Assembly: GCA_051000815.1 (NCBI GenBank)
Contig: JBPCNX010000025.1
Span: 721-64,720 of the forward strand
Direction of reading: 5' to 3'
Source of the DNA: Pyrinomonadaceae bacterium
Lineage (GTDB): Bacteria > Acidobacteriota > Blastocatellia > Pyrinomonadales > Pyrinomonadaceae
Length of the DNA stretch: 64,000 nucleotides
The position numbers and the translations under genes were made by a program. The notes beneath the pieces were generated by a model. It was not told where the DNA came from, did not search any database, and saw only the letters and a program-made list of their open reading frames with translations. The stretch's first letter is position 1; every line of letters starts with the position of its first letter. Below, piece by piece: positions 9,657 to 22,118 of this stretch.

Positions 9657-10574
9657 CTAGTTGATCGGAATCGTTACCGTGGCTGAACCGGCCTTGCCGG
9701 GAGGAAAGCGTTTCTGACGAGCAATTCGTAACGCCGAAGCATCACCGCCAGATGCCTGGATCACCCGTCCGGATTCATCATACGTAACAGTAACAGCGAC
9801 TTTCTTCGGTCCGGAATTGTTCGCTCCATTCGCGCCTGACAGGGCAGCCTTTTCGTCGCGAGCTCTGGCGCGGTCTCTTTCGCGTTGACGCCTGGCGGCC
9901 AATGCGGCTGCGTCTTCAGAATTTGAACTGGCTTCAGGAGATTGCGTGGCCACGGCTTCAGGGGTAGCTGTAACTACAGGGGGCGCTTCCACTGGCGCCG
10001 CTACTGGAGGTTGAGCCGCTACCGCTGCAACGTTAGCGCGGCTATACCAGCCTGCAGGAACGCCGATCGCCGCTACGCTCGCGAGTATTGCCACGGCTAT
10101 CGCCACAGCAACCATTGGCTTTCGGTTAGTTGATTCGCCCCCCATGAATGAAAGAAATGCCGGAACGTGTGATGGATGAATGGACTCAGACTCCGCGGCT
10201 TGCTTAACTACCTGGATCTCATCCATTTCAGGCGAGAAGCCCTCAGGAAAAGCGTCTGCCGGAGTGATTCCCTCATCCAACCGACGCAGACCTTCAAGGA
10301 CTACCTGCGTCCAGGGTTGATTGATAGTGCGGTCAGGAGCTTCTGCAGAGCCACTGAATTCAAACTTTGCATTGGCCAAAGTCAGTGCGTAATAGACAGC
10401 ATCGATTCCCCGTAAGGTACCAATGCGAGCGTCGACGACAGATCCCGCCTGAAGATAAAAGTAACCGGAACCCTGCGGGTAAAGAACTCTAAGCCGGCCG
10501 GATTTACGCTGGTTACAAAAGAACTCAATGAGTTCCGAAAGTGAGAGGTCGCTGAGGTGTCCCGTCAATGCCAT
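9657..10574 (-). CDS. DUF4388 (PATAN-like) domain protein with TM segment and TonB-C-like tail
   Basis: I chose the start at ATG 10574 because a GGAG lies 8 nt upstream. The protein begins MALTGHLSDLSLSELIEFFCNQRKSGRLRV, the DUF4388 signature. The track ORF extends to 10643. Confidence 0.7.
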   Translation of the reverse strand: MALTGHLSDLSLSELIEFFCNQRKSGRLRVLYPQGSGYFYLQAGSVVDARIGTLRGIDAVYYALTLANAKFEFSGSAEAPDRTINQPWTQVVLEGLRRLDEGITPADAFPEGFSPEMDEIQVVKQAAESESIHPSHVPAFLSFMGGESTNRKPMVAVAIAVAILASVAAIGVPAGWYSRANVAAVAAQPPVAAPVEAPPVVTATPEAVATQSPEASSNSEDAAALAARRQRERDRARARDEKAALSGANGANNSGPKKVAVTVTYDESGRVIQASGGDASALRIARQKRFPPGKAGSATVTIPIN

Positions 10575-10658
10575 GAAAATAACTCCTCTATCGGGAAGAG
10601 AGATGTGTTGGGGGGTGAAAGAAGCGGCGCCAGGATTATCCAAGGCGCCGCAACCTGG

Positions 10659-11789
10659 TTACTGGGAGAGGGAGAAGTTGTAACTGATCGTGCCAAACAC
10701 CTTGACGGGTTGGCCGGAGAGTTTTGTTGGAGAGAAGCGCGCCCTTAACGCGGCTTTTATGGCTGCCTCTCGTAAAGTTGACGGACCGTTAGCAGCATTA
10801 GCGGAAATCACTTTGCCGTTTTCATCGATCACCACTTCCACCGTAACTACTCCTGAGGTTCGCATTCTTTTCGCTGTTTCCGGATACATTGGCGAGGGCA
10901 GGTAAACCGCAGCTCCATTCAGAACGCCGCCAGACACCGGTCGGAGAATTGGCCTTGGTGCCGGATTGGGAGGAGGCTCCGAATCAAGGACGACCTTCGG
11001 CGAGCCTGAGGGGTTTTCCGTTACACCCTTGATCTCAGCCGAGTTTAGATCGCTCAAATTATCTCCAGCCGACGAGCTTGGCAAAGCCGGTGAAGTTTTG
11101 CTTTTGGACGGCTGTTTGGTTGCCGGAGGTTCTACAACAGGCTGAGTCTTCGGTTCCGGGTTTGTCTTAACAGAGCTGACAACATTGTTTGCGGCGGCTG
11201 TTGCAGTGTTGGGCTGAGCCGCTGGCTGGGAACCAGGTTGCGACATCTTCACCATGTTCTCATCGAGATAGTACATGATTGAGCGATAGGTTACTTCCGT
11301 TGCCTCGAAGCTCATCCTGCCCGAATCAACGACGGCGACCAGAGTCGTCATCTTGTTCCAGTTCCCGGCAAAATCAAACTCGTATTTGTAGTTCTCTTTA
11401 CTAAGAAGCGAGCCATCATCGTTGAGCAGGATCATCTCGCTGATGTTGCCCTTGTCGTCATACTTATAGGTCTCTTTTCCTGTAAGAGTGGCGCCCGTAA
11501 CCGGAAAGTACTGGTTCTCAATCTTGTTTCCTCTGACGTCGTAAGCTACCACTTCCAGTAAAGCCCGTTTGCCTTCGGTTATTCTACCGTCCGCGCCGGT
11601 CAGTTTTACGACTTCGGTGCGCACTCTGCGAACCGGTCCGACGAGTCCATCTCTGATTCGGTCACTCTCAACCGGGGCACTAACCGAGTGCGGAAGACTT
11701 GTGACCTTCGCATTGAGATTTGATTGGGCGAAACTAGTGGTTCCGCACGCCAGGGCAACAAGAATGGCCCCGCTGATTTTTTTGAACAT
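10659..11789 (-). CDS. secreted protein with C-terminal TonB-C domain
   Basis: 376 aa with a signal peptide (MFKKISGAILVALACGTTSFAQ), a Pro-rich linker and a C-terminal TonB-C-like block (YPETAKRMRTSGVVTVEVVIDENGKV...GQPVKV). Confidence 0.7.
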   Translation of the reverse strand: MFKKISGAILVALACGTTSFAQSNLNAKVTSLPHSVSAPVESDRIRDGLVGPVRRVRTEVVKLTGADGRITEGKRALLEVVAYDVRGNKIENQYFPVTGATLTGKETYKYDDKGNISEMILLNDDGSLLSKENYKYEFDFAGNWNKMTTLVAVVDSGRMSFEATEVTYRSIMYYLDENMVKMSQPGSQPAAQPNTATAAANNVVSSVKTNPEPKTQPVVEPPATKQPSKSKTSPALPSSSAGDNLSDLNSAEIKGVTENPSGSPKVVLDSEPPPNPAPRPILRPVSGGVLNGAAVYLPSPMYPETAKRMRTSGVVTVEVVIDENGKVISANAANGPSTLREAAIKAALRARFSPTKLSGQPVKVFGTISYNFSLSQ

Positions 11790-11952
11790 TTTTCACTCCT
11801 GAATGGCTGAGGATGTTGCACAAGTTTGGTTTTTGTGAGGCGGGGAAAGCGACCTGATGCGCGCCAAAGCAGCGCACCCGCTCTTCGGACACGACTAATA
11901 ATAGCCAGCCCAACCGTGTTTGTCTATAGCAAACACAGATGGCCGCTCGCAA

Positions 11953-13614
11953 TTAGTGGGCTTTTTTGGGGATTATCCTGGGGTATGTGGCGAGCAGTGA
12001 CACAATTTGGTCAACGAGCCTGCCGCTTCTGGCTCGCCCCGTCTCGTCGTTACAAATAATAGAAAAGGCAAACTCCTCCCCGTCAGAGGTGGTGACATAA
12101 CCAGACAGTGAGGTGTCGTAGGTGAGGTAACCAGTCTTGGCGGAGACTCGTTCTGCATGTTCCGTCAGCCGATTGCCGAGGGTTCCATCACGCCCGGAAA
12201 GTGGCAGCGAGTCGCGAAACGTGTGACCCGCGGGGCTTTTTGAGATCGCTACTAATAACCTTGCGAAGGAAATGGGAGTGACAAGGTTCAGTCGTGAAAG
12301 TCCCGAACCATCGTGCAATGCCAGACCGTTGGTTGAAACTCCCGATCGATTCAGCCAGAGATGGATAACAGCCAGGCCCGCTTCATCGTCACCTCGCTCC
12401 CTGCCGCCGGACCCTGGCGTCGAAAGCATCGACTCGCGTTCCCGACCAATTGTTCTCAAGATGAGTTCGGCGTAAAGATTGATGCTTCCCTTATTCGTGG
12501 CTTTGATAATTTCACTCAGTGGCTTACTGGAAACGAACGCCAACTCGATGAACTTCGAAGGATCGAAGCGTTCGGGCGGTGGTTGACGAGCATCACGAAA
12601 CTGCGCGGCGCCGTCAACAGTAATGCCCCGAGCCCGAAGCGTCTCCCGGAAGAGTTTTGCTGCCCAAAGCGCAGGCTTGTTGACAGAGAGTCGCGCGCCG
12701 AAGCCTTTGCTTGCCAAAGGGAACGTTCCCCAAACGCGAACAGTGTTGTCTGACAACCCTCGATGAATTCCTATTGTCATCCGCTCCGCTGCCGGCACTA
12801 CGGTCATTTTGTTTTCTATTGTCACGTAGCCGCTCGGATCGTTGACCTTCACCAGTGGAGATGTTTCGGATTTATCCGGCGGAAGTACGTTAACGGCCAC
12901 TTCATTCTTGTTTATTGAAAGCGCGCTCGCCTCAGCGCCGAAGTACCATTGGACGTCGTTCCACTGCCAACCATCTCCGAGCGTCTCGCCCCGAAAATAG
13001 CTTTCATCACCAACAACACTGCCGTTGATGCGTCGCACGCCGCGGTCGTAGAGATCGTTAGCGAGTTGAGTTAAAGAGTTACTGTCTTCGGCATTTGCGC
13101 TGGGCGATGCGACAAGGTCAGGCGCCCCTCGCCCGTAAAGAACAAGATCCCCCGCTACAATTCCAGTAGCATCTGGTGGTGCGGCCGCGTAGACAGACGT
13201 GCGCCAACGATAATCGGCGCCCAGAAGTTCGAGGCCAACAGAAGTTGGGAAGAGCTTCATGTTTGACGCGGGAGTAAAGAGTCTGTCGGCATTACGAGCG
13301 TAGACGTTCCGGCCATCTCTCAAAGAGATAACGCTCACGCCCCAACGTGCCGAGGCCAGCTCATCCTCGTAGATAAGCCGATCGATTTCGCGCGCAAGCG
13401 GGGCGTCAGCCGCCGAACCGGACGCCAATGCTTCGGATTTGGCTACCTCGCTGCCCGGGTCAGACTGGGGCTGATCGTTTTCTTGACTGTTACTCGGCGA
13501 GGCTGCGGGAAGGCATCCGTTAGAGAAGAGTAAGAATATCGCAAGCAGGATAACCAATCGGATCCGGATCGGTCCGAATACGCTATTGAATAAGGAATTG
13601 CTCTTACTACGCAT
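11953..13614 (-). CDS. dacB: D-alanyl-D-alanine carboxypeptidase/endopeptidase, PBP4 (S13)
   Basis: 553 aa with a signal/TM segment and the motifs SxxK (PASNMKL), SxN-like (DGSGLS) and KTG (AKTGYL). Confidence 0.85.
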   Translation of the reverse strand: MRSKSNSLFNSVFGPIRIRLVILLAIFLLFSNGCLPAASPSNSQENDQPQSDPGSEVAKSEALASGSAADAPLAREIDRLIYEDELASARWGVSVISLRDGRNVYARNADRLFTPASNMKLFPTSVGLELLGADYRWRTSVYAAAPPDATGIVAGDLVLYGRGAPDLVASPSANAEDSNSLTQLANDLYDRGVRRINGSVVGDESYFRGETLGDGWQWNDVQWYFGAEASALSINKNEVAVNVLPPDKSETSPLVKVNDPSGYVTIENKMTVVPAAERMTIGIHRGLSDNTVRVWGTFPLASKGFGARLSVNKPALWAAKLFRETLRARGITVDGAAQFRDARQPPPERFDPSKFIELAFVSSKPLSEIIKATNKGSINLYAELILRTIGRERESMLSTPGSGGRERGDDEAGLAVIHLWLNRSGVSTNGLALHDGSGLSRLNLVTPISFARLLVAISKSPAGHTFRDSLPLSGRDGTLGNRLTEHAERVSAKTGYLTYDTSLSGYVTTSDGEEFAFSIICNDETGRARSGRLVDQIVSLLATYPRIIPKKAH

Positions 13615-14654
13615 TACTCTTTTGCCCTAACGAGGATGTTTGACATGCGATTGCGAGTCAGCAATTCGCGAGCTACTGCATAAACTTCGTCCGTCGTGAT
13701 CTCTTTGATGGTGTGGCCGTACATCACACGATGATGATCTTCGATTGGCACGAAACTATTAGGAGTCGGCCGATCAAGCAGGGCCACCACCGGAGTGCCG
13801 ACAGCAACTGCTATGTGCATGGGACCCGTGTCGTTGGAAACGAAAACTGCGAGCCGCGCCAGGGCGGCAGCCAGTTGTGGAATAGTGAGTTTGTCAAAAA
13901 TCAGCGTAGTCGAAGGAAAGCCCGAACGTATTTCATGAACCAGCGGCCGCTCCTCAGGTCCCGCAAAAACCAGGACTCGTACGCCATCGTTTCGTATCAG
14001 GTAATCGGCAAGGTCAGCAAATTTCTCCAGGGGCCAGCGGCGGCCCGGATGGCCGGCCCCGGGAAAAAGTCCCACCAACGGCGTGCCCGGCGCAACGCGC
14101 GCCTTGCGGAGAATCTCTTCAATGGTAGCGTCATCCACCTTCACCGTCTTGAGATGTGGAATCCGATCTGCCTCCTTGATTCCCAGGGGAATCAATACGT
14201 CCAGATAGCGATCGACCAAATGTCTTTCAGAGTTTTCGGCTTCGGCAGGCGGACGCGGTTGAAAATTTGCGAGGTATTCGAGCGAACGCCCGTGCCGGCG
14301 GGAATAGAGTCGTTTTGGCGCGCCTGAGAGGAAGCCGAGCAAATTTGTTTCCGAGAGACTGTGCAGGTCGATAACGAAGTCAAACTTCCGCCGCCGGACC
14401 TCCTTCACTAACTCAAACATGCGGAAAAGCGACAGCGGCTTAAACCCATCGCGCAGCGCTACGCGATCTACGACCAGAGTATCGTTCGCATAACCGGAGA
14501 GTTTGATCACATCAGCGCCCGGCTTTCCGAGGGCGATCGTTATTTTCGCCCGGGAAAACTTTTTGCGAATAGCTCGCAATGCGGGCAGGCTGAGCACCAC
14601 ATCGCCAAGCTGGCCGAAGTCGATCACCAGAATGTTTTGTGGATTAAAACTCAC
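13614..14654 (-). CDS. glycosyltransferase family 9 (heptosyltransferase-like)
   Basis: 346 aa. ILVIDFGQLGDVVLSLPALRAI and VSNDTGPMHIAVAVGTPVV are typical GT9 blocks. Confidence 0.8.
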   Translation of the reverse strand: MSFNPQNILVIDFGQLGDVVLSLPALRAIRKKFSRAKITIALGKPGADVIKLSGYANDTLVVDRVALRDGFKPLSLFRMFELVKEVRRRKFDFVIDLHSLSETNLLGFLSGAPKRLYSRRHGRSLEYLANFQPRPPAEAENSERHLVDRYLDVLIPLGIKEADRIPHLKTVKVDDATIEEILRKARVAPGTPLVGLFPGAGHPGRRWPLEKFADLADYLIRNDGVRVLVFAGPEERPLVHEIRSGFPSTTLIFDKLTIPQLAAALARLAVFVSNDTGPMHIAVAVGTPVVALLDRPTPNSFVPIEDHHRVMYGHTIKEITTDEVYAVARELLTRNRMSNILVRAKE

Positions 14655-14680
14655 GCAGTTCGATAAATCAGGACGGACTT

Positions 14681-16237
14681 TTATAACTCGCGCAGGTCGC
14701 GGCCAGTCATCTGCGACGGCAGTTCGATTCCCTGAAGACCGAGAATGGTTGGCGCTATGTCTTCGAGCGCGCCACCTTCGCGCAGCTTTGCCCCCCGCGA
14801 AGCTTCATCAATCAAATGAAACGGAACCGGGTTTGAGGTGTGCGCCGTATGAGGCTGGCCGGTGAGAGGGTGAATCATTTGCTCGGCATTCCCATGATCG
14901 GCTGTGATCATGGTAATGCCGCCGGCATGTTGCATCGCCTTGGTGATCCAAGCCAGGCAAGTATCAACGTATTGACAGGCTTGGATCGTCTTGTCGAGTT
15001 TACCGGTGTGTCCGACCATGTCCGGGTTGGCAAAGTTGATGACGAACAAGTCCGTTTGGCGTTCCTCGATGGCGCCCAGCAATTCTTTGGTGACCTTGAA
15101 TGCCGACATCTGCGGCTCCAGGTCATAAGTCGCAATCCTGGGTGAGGGCACGAGCAAGCGGCGTTCGCAGGGATACTCCTTTTCGACACCGCCATTGAAG
15201 AAGTAAGTGACGTGCGCATATTTCTCCGTCTCGGCAAGGCGAAAGTTGTGCACACCCTGTGTTCCCCAAACCTCAGCGAGAACATTCTTGTGGTCGGAAG
15301 GACCGAAAGCGATTGGCAAACCAAAGGTCCGGTCGTAGAGCGTGAAGCAAACAAACTCAATCTTTTGCCGGCGATCTACAGGAAACTCGTTAAACCCCGT
15401 GACTGCCAAAGCACGTGTAAGCTGCCGCGCGCGGTCTGGCCTAAAGTTGAAGAAGACGACCGCGGCGCCATCCTGGATCGTCGCCACTGGTTCGCCTGAC
15501 TCGCCAACCATCACTATTGGCTCCACAAATTCATCGGTCACGCCTCGTTCATAAGAGCGTTGCACGGCGGCGAGGAGATCGTACGCCCTTTCCCCTTGAG
15601 CGGAGACCAACAGATCAAACGCGCGCCTGGTTCTTTCCCAACGCTTGTCGCGATCCATCGCGTAGTAACGACCGACGACCGAAGCAATTCTTCCACACCC
15701 GATCTCGCTAATTTTCTTCTGCAGTTCGCCAAGGTAGTAAACTGCGGAAGCAGGCGGTGTGTCTCGTCCATCGAGAAAGCAGTGAATGAAAACTCGTTCA
15801 AGTCCGTGGGACTTTGCCAGACGCAACAGCGCGTAGAGGTGTTCCAGGGATGAATGCACCTGGCCGTCAGAAATGAGTCCCATTAGATGGAGTGCTTTGT
15901 CTCGCCGTTTCACACCTTCCACGGTGGCAATCAGGATCGGGTTTCTGAAAAACTCTCCAGTGGCAATCTCATAGTCCACACGCGAAACGTCCATGCGAAT
16001 CACGCGACCTGAACCGATGTTCAAATGTCCAACCTCGGAATTGCCCATGATCCCAGGCGGCAGACCGACTCGTGTGCCCGAGGCTTCCAGCAGAGTGTGT
16101 GGATAAATTTCCAGTAGCTGGTCGTAGCAAGGCGTCTCGGCGAGCGCAATCGCGTTTCCTTCCCGGACCGGCGAGTAGCCCCAGCCGTCGATGATGATTA
16201 ATGCCAGCGGTTCGTTAGGTCTCTTCGGATTGTTCAT
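14681..16237 (-). CDS. gpmI: 2,3-bisphosphoglycerate-independent phosphoglycerate mutase
   Basis: 518 aa with [24 protein letters not shown] and ITADHGNAE. Confidence 0.9.
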   Translation of the reverse strand: MNNPKRPNEPLALIIIDGWGYSPVREGNAIALAETPCYDQLLEIYPHTLLEASGTRVGLPPGIMGNSEVGHLNIGSGRVIRMDVSRVDYEIATGEFFRNPILIATVEGVKRRDKALHLMGLISDGQVHSSLEHLYALLRLAKSHGLERVFIHCFLDGRDTPPASAVYYLGELQKKISEIGCGRIASVVGRYYAMDRDKRWERTRRAFDLLVSAQGERAYDLLAAVQRSYERGVTDEFVEPIVMVGESGEPVATIQDGAAVVFFNFRPDRARQLTRALAVTGFNEFPVDRRQKIEFVCFTLYDRTFGLPIAFGPSDHKNVLAEVWGTQGVHNFRLAETEKYAHVTYFFNGGVEKEYPCERRLLVPSPRIATYDLEPQMSAFKVTKELLGAIEERQTDLFVINFANPDMVGHTGKLDKTIQACQYVDTCLAWITKAMQHAGGITMITADHGNAEQMIHPLTGQPHTAHTSNPVPFHLIDEASRGAKLREGGALEDIAPTILGLQGIELPSQMTGRDLREL

Positions 16238-16265
16238 TAACTAGTTGTCAGGACGTGCCTAATTT

Positions 16266-16736
16266 CTATTCACGGTTTTTCCGCCAGTAGTCAGGGCTTT
16301 CCTGCATTTTAGGATCGGGGCGTTCCATCCAGCGCTCCGGTCGTTTCAGTTCATCAAAACCAAAATTACGATAAAGCTCATGAGCATCTTTCGTCGCGAG
16401 GGCCCAGCGGCGAAAGCCCTGAAGCCGAGGATGAGACAAAATTACCTCAATCAGCCATTTGCCCAAACCATGTCCGCGATGCTCTTCGAGCACAAAAACA
16501 TCCGCAAGCCAGGCGAAGGTTGCGTAGTCAGTTACCACTCGAGCAAAGCCGACTTGCCGGCCTTTTTGATAGATACCGAAGTTTAGGGAGTTTTCGATGC
16601 CGCGCTTGATAACTTCAAGGTCTCGGCCCTGCGCCCAATATGACCTGTGCGACAGGAAGTTGTGGATGACTTCTAGATCAAGTCGTAGTTTATCGGTGCT
16701 GATTGAATACTCACCTTTTTGCCATTCCTCAGTCAT
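16266..16736 (-). CDS. GNAT family N-acetyltransferase
   Basis: I use the internal start ATG 16736 (MTEEWQKGE...). The longer track ORF would overlap eno by ~290 nt. The acetyl-CoA motif is EEHRGHGLGKWLIEVIL. Confidence 0.75.
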   Translation of the reverse strand: MTEEWQKGEYSISTDKLRLDLEVIHNFLSHRSYWAQGRDLEVIKRGIENSLNFGIYQKGRQVGFARVVTDYATFAWLADVFVLEEHRGHGLGKWLIEVILSHPRLQGFRRWALATKDAHELYRNFGFDELKRPERWMERPDPKMQESPDYWRKNRE

Positions 16737-16764
16737 CGATCTCGCCGCGGTTGCAGTTGCAGGA

Positions 16765-18156
<1,392 letters not shown>

Positions 18157-18202
18157 TTAACATCGTGGCTCGGGGAATCGAAGGGAAGGGTTAAGAGTGG
18201 TT

Positions 18203-18230
18203 AATCGGCAATTGGCAATCGGCAATCGAG
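18203..18230. repeat. tandem heptamer block (ATCGGCA family)
   Basis: aatcggcaattggcaatcggcaatcgag, between the CNNM stop and the eno start. It is the same word as at 35146-197 and, reverse-complemented, at 1799-1830. Confidence 0.8.
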
Positions 18231-18272
18231 GCCCGCGTGGTTGTACTGACTCATGGACACACGGGCAGCTAC

Positions 18273-19685
18273 TCATCCGGCCGCGCGAGCGCCTTCGACT
18301 GTGGGAACGGAGGCAGCCACAGGTTCCTGCGGGAGGAAAAGGTGGACACGTACTACTCGCCGGCGCTCCACGCGTTCAACTTTAAAAACCAAACCGTTGT
18401 ATTCCACAACCTCGCCGGGCTTGAGTACGTGGCCGGCCGCCGTCATCAGGAATCCGCCGATGGTCGTGTACGACTCCGATTCCGGCACTGAAAGTTTCAA
18501 GCGGCGGTTTAAATCGCGAACTGCAAGTCCACCGTCAAGCAGATATTCACGGTCGTTAACGGGATTGATCTGTTCATTGACTTCTTCGTCGTGCTCATCG
18601 GAAATCTCACCAACGATCTCCTCGAGCAGATCTTCGAGCGTGATAATTCCTTCAAGTCCCCCGTGTTCGTCGACGACAAAGCCAAAGTGAGACTTGCTTT
18701 TTTGCATCTGGCGCAAAACATCCTCGAGACGCGCCGTGTCCACTACATACAACGGTGGCTGGATGGCCTCTTCAAGTTTAAACGACTCCGGATTCAGCAA
18801 GTACGGCATGATGTCTTTGCTATGAACAAAGCCGATTACATCATCAATAGACTCACGATAAACGGGCAGCCGCGAGTAGTGGTTCTGTTCGAATGCCTTC
18901 GTGATTTCCTTTAAATCGCAGTCGCTGGAAATAGCCGCGATCTGCGTGCGCGGGACCATTGCTTCACGCACAAGCGTATCTGAAAATTCAAAAACTCTGT
19001 GAATCAACCGCCGCTCCTCAGCTCGAAGGTGACCGCTCTGGCGCGAGATGTCGATCAGCTGTCGCAATTCGGCTTCGGTGTAACTCGAAGCATGTTCTGA
19101 GGACGCCTCCAACCCCAGGAGTCTTACTGATCGCGCACTCGCCCAATCAAGCGCGCGAATGGGCCATTGGAAGACTCGATAAAACGTCAGCATCGGAAGC
19201 GATGTGGCAAGTGCAACTTTCTCGGCGCGTTCGAGGCCCAGCAACTTGGGCGCCTGTTCGCCCAGGACAATGTGAAGCGCCGTGATGATCGCGAAGGCAA
19301 TAGTAAAAGCAATGTAGTGCTGCCATGCATCCGGAAATACTGAGAGAGGTGTTTCTAACAGCCTGGCAATTACGGGTTCGCCAGCCCGGCCGAGCCCCAG
19401 AGAAGCGAGCGTTATCCCTAACTGGGAGGCGGAGAGATAAGCGTTCAGATTGTCGAGAAGACCTAGCAGACGCTTGGCTGAACTCTTGCCGGCTGCCGCC
19501 AAAGTTTCGATGCGGGAACGGCGTACACCCACCAGGGCAAACTCAGCGGCCACAAAGAATCCATTAAGGGCAACCAGGAGCAGCACGGCGCCCAATCTTA
19601 GAACGATGATCAATACTCCGATGGATGAGCTCGAATCACCATCGGCAAGAAGTAGGTTAAAGAGATAACTTGGTGGTTCGGACAT
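18273..19685 (-). CDS. CNNM/HlyC-CorC family transporter (DUF21-CBS pair-CorC_HlyC)
   Basis: 470 aa with an N-terminal four-TM DUF21, a CBS pair and a C-terminal CorC/HlyC domain (YTTIGGFLMTAAGHVLKPGEVVEYNGLVFKVERV). Confidence 0.85.
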   Translation of the reverse strand: MSEPPSYLFNLLLADGDSSSSIGVLIIVLRLGAVLLLVALNGFFVAAEFALVGVRRSRIETLAAAGKSSAKRLLGLLDNLNAYLSASQLGITLASLGLGRAGEPVIARLLETPLSVFPDAWQHYIAFTIAFAIITALHIVLGEQAPKLLGLERAEKVALATSLPMLTFYRVFQWPIRALDWASARSVRLLGLEASSEHASSYTEAELRQLIDISRQSGHLRAEERRLIHRVFEFSDTLVREAMVPRTQIAAISSDCDLKEITKAFEQNHYSRLPVYRESIDDVIGFVHSKDIMPYLLNPESFKLEEAIQPPLYVVDTARLEDVLRQMQKSKSHFGFVVDEHGGLEGIITLEDLLEEIVGEISDEHDEEVNEQINPVNDREYLLDGGLAVRDLNRRLKLSVPESESYTTIGGFLMTAAGHVLKPGEVVEYNGLVFKVERVERRRVVRVHLFLPQEPVAASVPTVEGARAAG

Positions 19686-19969
19686 TCTTCAAATGGGGGT
19701 GGGTTCACCGGACATGCACTCAGCCGACTGGGGCGGATTATAGCATGAGGGGTTGAGCGAAGGGCACGCCACGGAAATGGGTTCCGGAACAGTCTTGAAG
19801 CAAATGCACACCGTTTTCGGAAAGTCGGATGTGGTGTACCGGACGGTTGGGTTTAGCCCAGCATTTCGCGCTGGGTGAGGGTAACTTACACCTTGAGGTA
19901 GCCCGGGTTACGCTTCCGCAGGAAGCTGAGCCATCGGGCTGGGGACCCACGGTTAGGATTAACGAAGTG

Positions 19970-20512
19970 TCAGTGACCGGCAGCAGCAGCCGCGTGGGCC
20001 CTTGCCGGACGCCGATCATGTTTAGTGCAGGCGCGCATCAGCGCTTGTTCTACGCGGGGTTGGATATTGCATTCAGGTTGCCGACAAACAGCGGCCAACT
20101 CCGAGACTACAAGGTAATGAGAGCGTTCGAGCATGCGTTGTTCGCGGAATGAGAGAGGCTTGATGTGACTTAAGTAGGTCAAATGCTTTAGTACGTCGGC
20201 CACTTCAAAAATGTCGCCGGTTCGCATTTTCTCGGAAAATTCCTTGAACCGATCTTTCCAATCATTTGCAGGTGAAGAGAAGTCGTCAGCAAGAGTCTTG
20301 AGGAGCATCTCACATTCGCCTGAGGTAATTGGCGCTCGAAGACCGACTTCCGAAGCATTTGAAACAGGAACCAGCACCAGCGAGTTATTAGCAGCGAGGC
20401 GAAGCGTATAGAACGGAAGCGCTGTGGCTCCAATTTGCTTATTCTCTATTTGCTCGATTATTCCGATTCCGTGGTTAGGGTAAACGACTTTCTGGCCGAT
20501 TTTGAAGCCCAC
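19970..20512 (-). CDS. carD: CarD/CdnL family RNA-polymerase-binding regulator
   Basis: 180 aa, beginning MGFKIGQKVVYPNHGIGIIEQIE..., which is a Tudor-like CarD_TRCF N-domain. Confidence 0.85.
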   Translation of the reverse strand: MGFKIGQKVVYPNHGIGIIEQIENKQIGATALPFYTLRLAANNSLVLVPVSNASEVGLRAPITSGECEMLLKTLADDFSSPANDWKDRFKEFSEKMRTGDIFEVADVLKHLTYLSHIKPLSFREQRMLERSHYLVVSELAAVCRQPECNIQPRVEQALMRACTKHDRRPARAHAAAAAGH

Positions 20513-20816
20513 CGAAGCACCTCCATCGATTTGAAAATCAGACAGCGCCGCACGCGCGGGTCTGGGGGAACCCTTCTGAGCGACGCGACAGGGCGTCGGG
20601 CTCCTACGTTAGGTAAGTGAATGGAGTCTACAAGCCATCACGCGAAGCGTCAAGGCTCTCAATCAGGACTCGTTAAGTGAAATTCGGGGCAAGCAAGACT
20701 ACTGATCCGTAATTACTCTTTATCGCTTTCCCGAAACTCGCGCAAGAAAAAATTTTCGCATTCGTACTTCAGGGGTTTTGGTGGCGCACTCTCTGTTGCT
20801 CGGCTGTGAGGCAAGC

Positions 20817-22037
20817 CTAAGTTCCTACCAGTTGTAGAATGTCTTCTTCCTGCAAAACCCCCGACGCGCGCTTGGCATGTTCGTAGATGCGATTGACGCG
20901 CTCATCGCTCGGCTCAATGCCGCGTTTCTCCAGCCAGTAAATTACGTTCGACTTTCCGCTCATCGGTCCGATCTCGATCACCTGTTCCAAACCAAACTGG
21001 CCGGCCGGCACACCGGAGTAAACCAGATCTGCCAGGGCGCGATCACCTTTTTTGTAGCTCTTGATCACCGCAGCGGCATGCACACCGGTGCCGGTGCGAA
21101 ACGCATCGCGACCGAAAACCGGATAGTTATGGGGAATCGTCCAATCACAAGCGCCGGAGGCAACCTTACAATACTTGCCGAGTCGCGACAGGTCATTATC
21201 AATCCAACCCATGAGCTTGAGATTTACCAGCAACTGATCCATAGGAGTGTTTCCCACACGCTCGCCCATCCCCAGCGCCGAACCGTGAACTTGATCAGCA
21301 CCGCCCTCGATGGCGGCAATGGAATTAATAACTCCCAGTCCGCGATCCTGATGACCATGCCAGTCGAGCCTGACGTTCCCGCCCTGCTCTTCAATAATGC
21401 CTTTTACAAACCGCACTACGGCGCGCGCTCCGTCAGGTGTTGAATGCCCCACTGTATCGCAGACGCAGACAGCCTTCGCACCGCAGCGAATCGCAGTCGT
21501 ATAAAGCGCACGAAGAGTTTCCGGTTCAGCGCGTGTTGTGTCTTCAGTGACGTACATGACCGGTACTCCCTCGCTCACAGCGAAAGTAACGGCGTCCTCC
21601 GTCAGTTGCAGGAGTTTGTCGAGCGTCCAGTCTTCCGCGTAGAACCGGACCGCAGAAGAACCGATGAAAGTGCATGCTTCGATCAGAATTCCGGCACGCT
21701 GCGAGATCTCGACAACGGGAAGGATATCGCTCCGATGAGTGCGTGCTGCACAGTTTGGTCGAATCTTCAGTTTCTGTTCGACAATTTCTCGCGCCAATCT
21801 CTCGACACCTGCTGCGTGAGTACCTCCCGCGCCAGGAAGACCGATGTCGGCGGTATCGATGCTCAACGCTTCCATCAAGTGCAGCAATTCGATCTTCTTT
21901 TCGATTGTCGGCTCACGGACGGAAGGTGACTGTAACCCATCGCGCAACGTCTCATCATCAAAACCAATATGACGTTGGGGTGCACGAATGGTGGGTTCGA
22001 TGTTATTCCAGTCGTAAACCAGCTCATCAATTGACAC
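20817..22037 (-). CDS. HMGL-like / 2-isopropylmalate-homocitrate synthase family protein
   Basis: 406 aa with a DRE-TIM barrel: FDDETLRDGLQS and HGHQDRGLGVINSIAAIEGGADQVHGSALGMGERVGNTP. Confidence 0.75.
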   Translation of the reverse strand: MSIDELVYDWNNIEPTIRAPQRHIGFDDETLRDGLQSPSVREPTIEKKIELLHLMEALSIDTADIGLPGAGGTHAAGVERLAREIVEQKLKIRPNCAARTHRSDILPVVEISQRAGILIEACTFIGSSAVRFYAEDWTLDKLLQLTEDAVTFAVSEGVPVMYVTEDTTRAEPETLRALYTTAIRCGAKAVCVCDTVGHSTPDGARAVVRFVKGIIEEQGGNVRLDWHGHQDRGLGVINSIAAIEGGADQVHGSALGMGERVGNTPMDQLLVNLKLMGWIDNDLSRLGKYCKVASGACDWTIPHNYPVFGRDAFRTGTGVHAAAVIKSYKKGDRALADLVYSGVPAGQFGLEQVIEIGPMSGKSNVIYWLEKRGIEPSDERVNRIYEHAKRASGVLQEEDILQLVGT

Positions 22038-22118
22038 TTGGTAGAACCTCCGGCAATAACTCGGTGGGATGCTTTGGTTGAGTTTGATTACAACAACGGC
22101 TCAATTTAATGTCAAGCA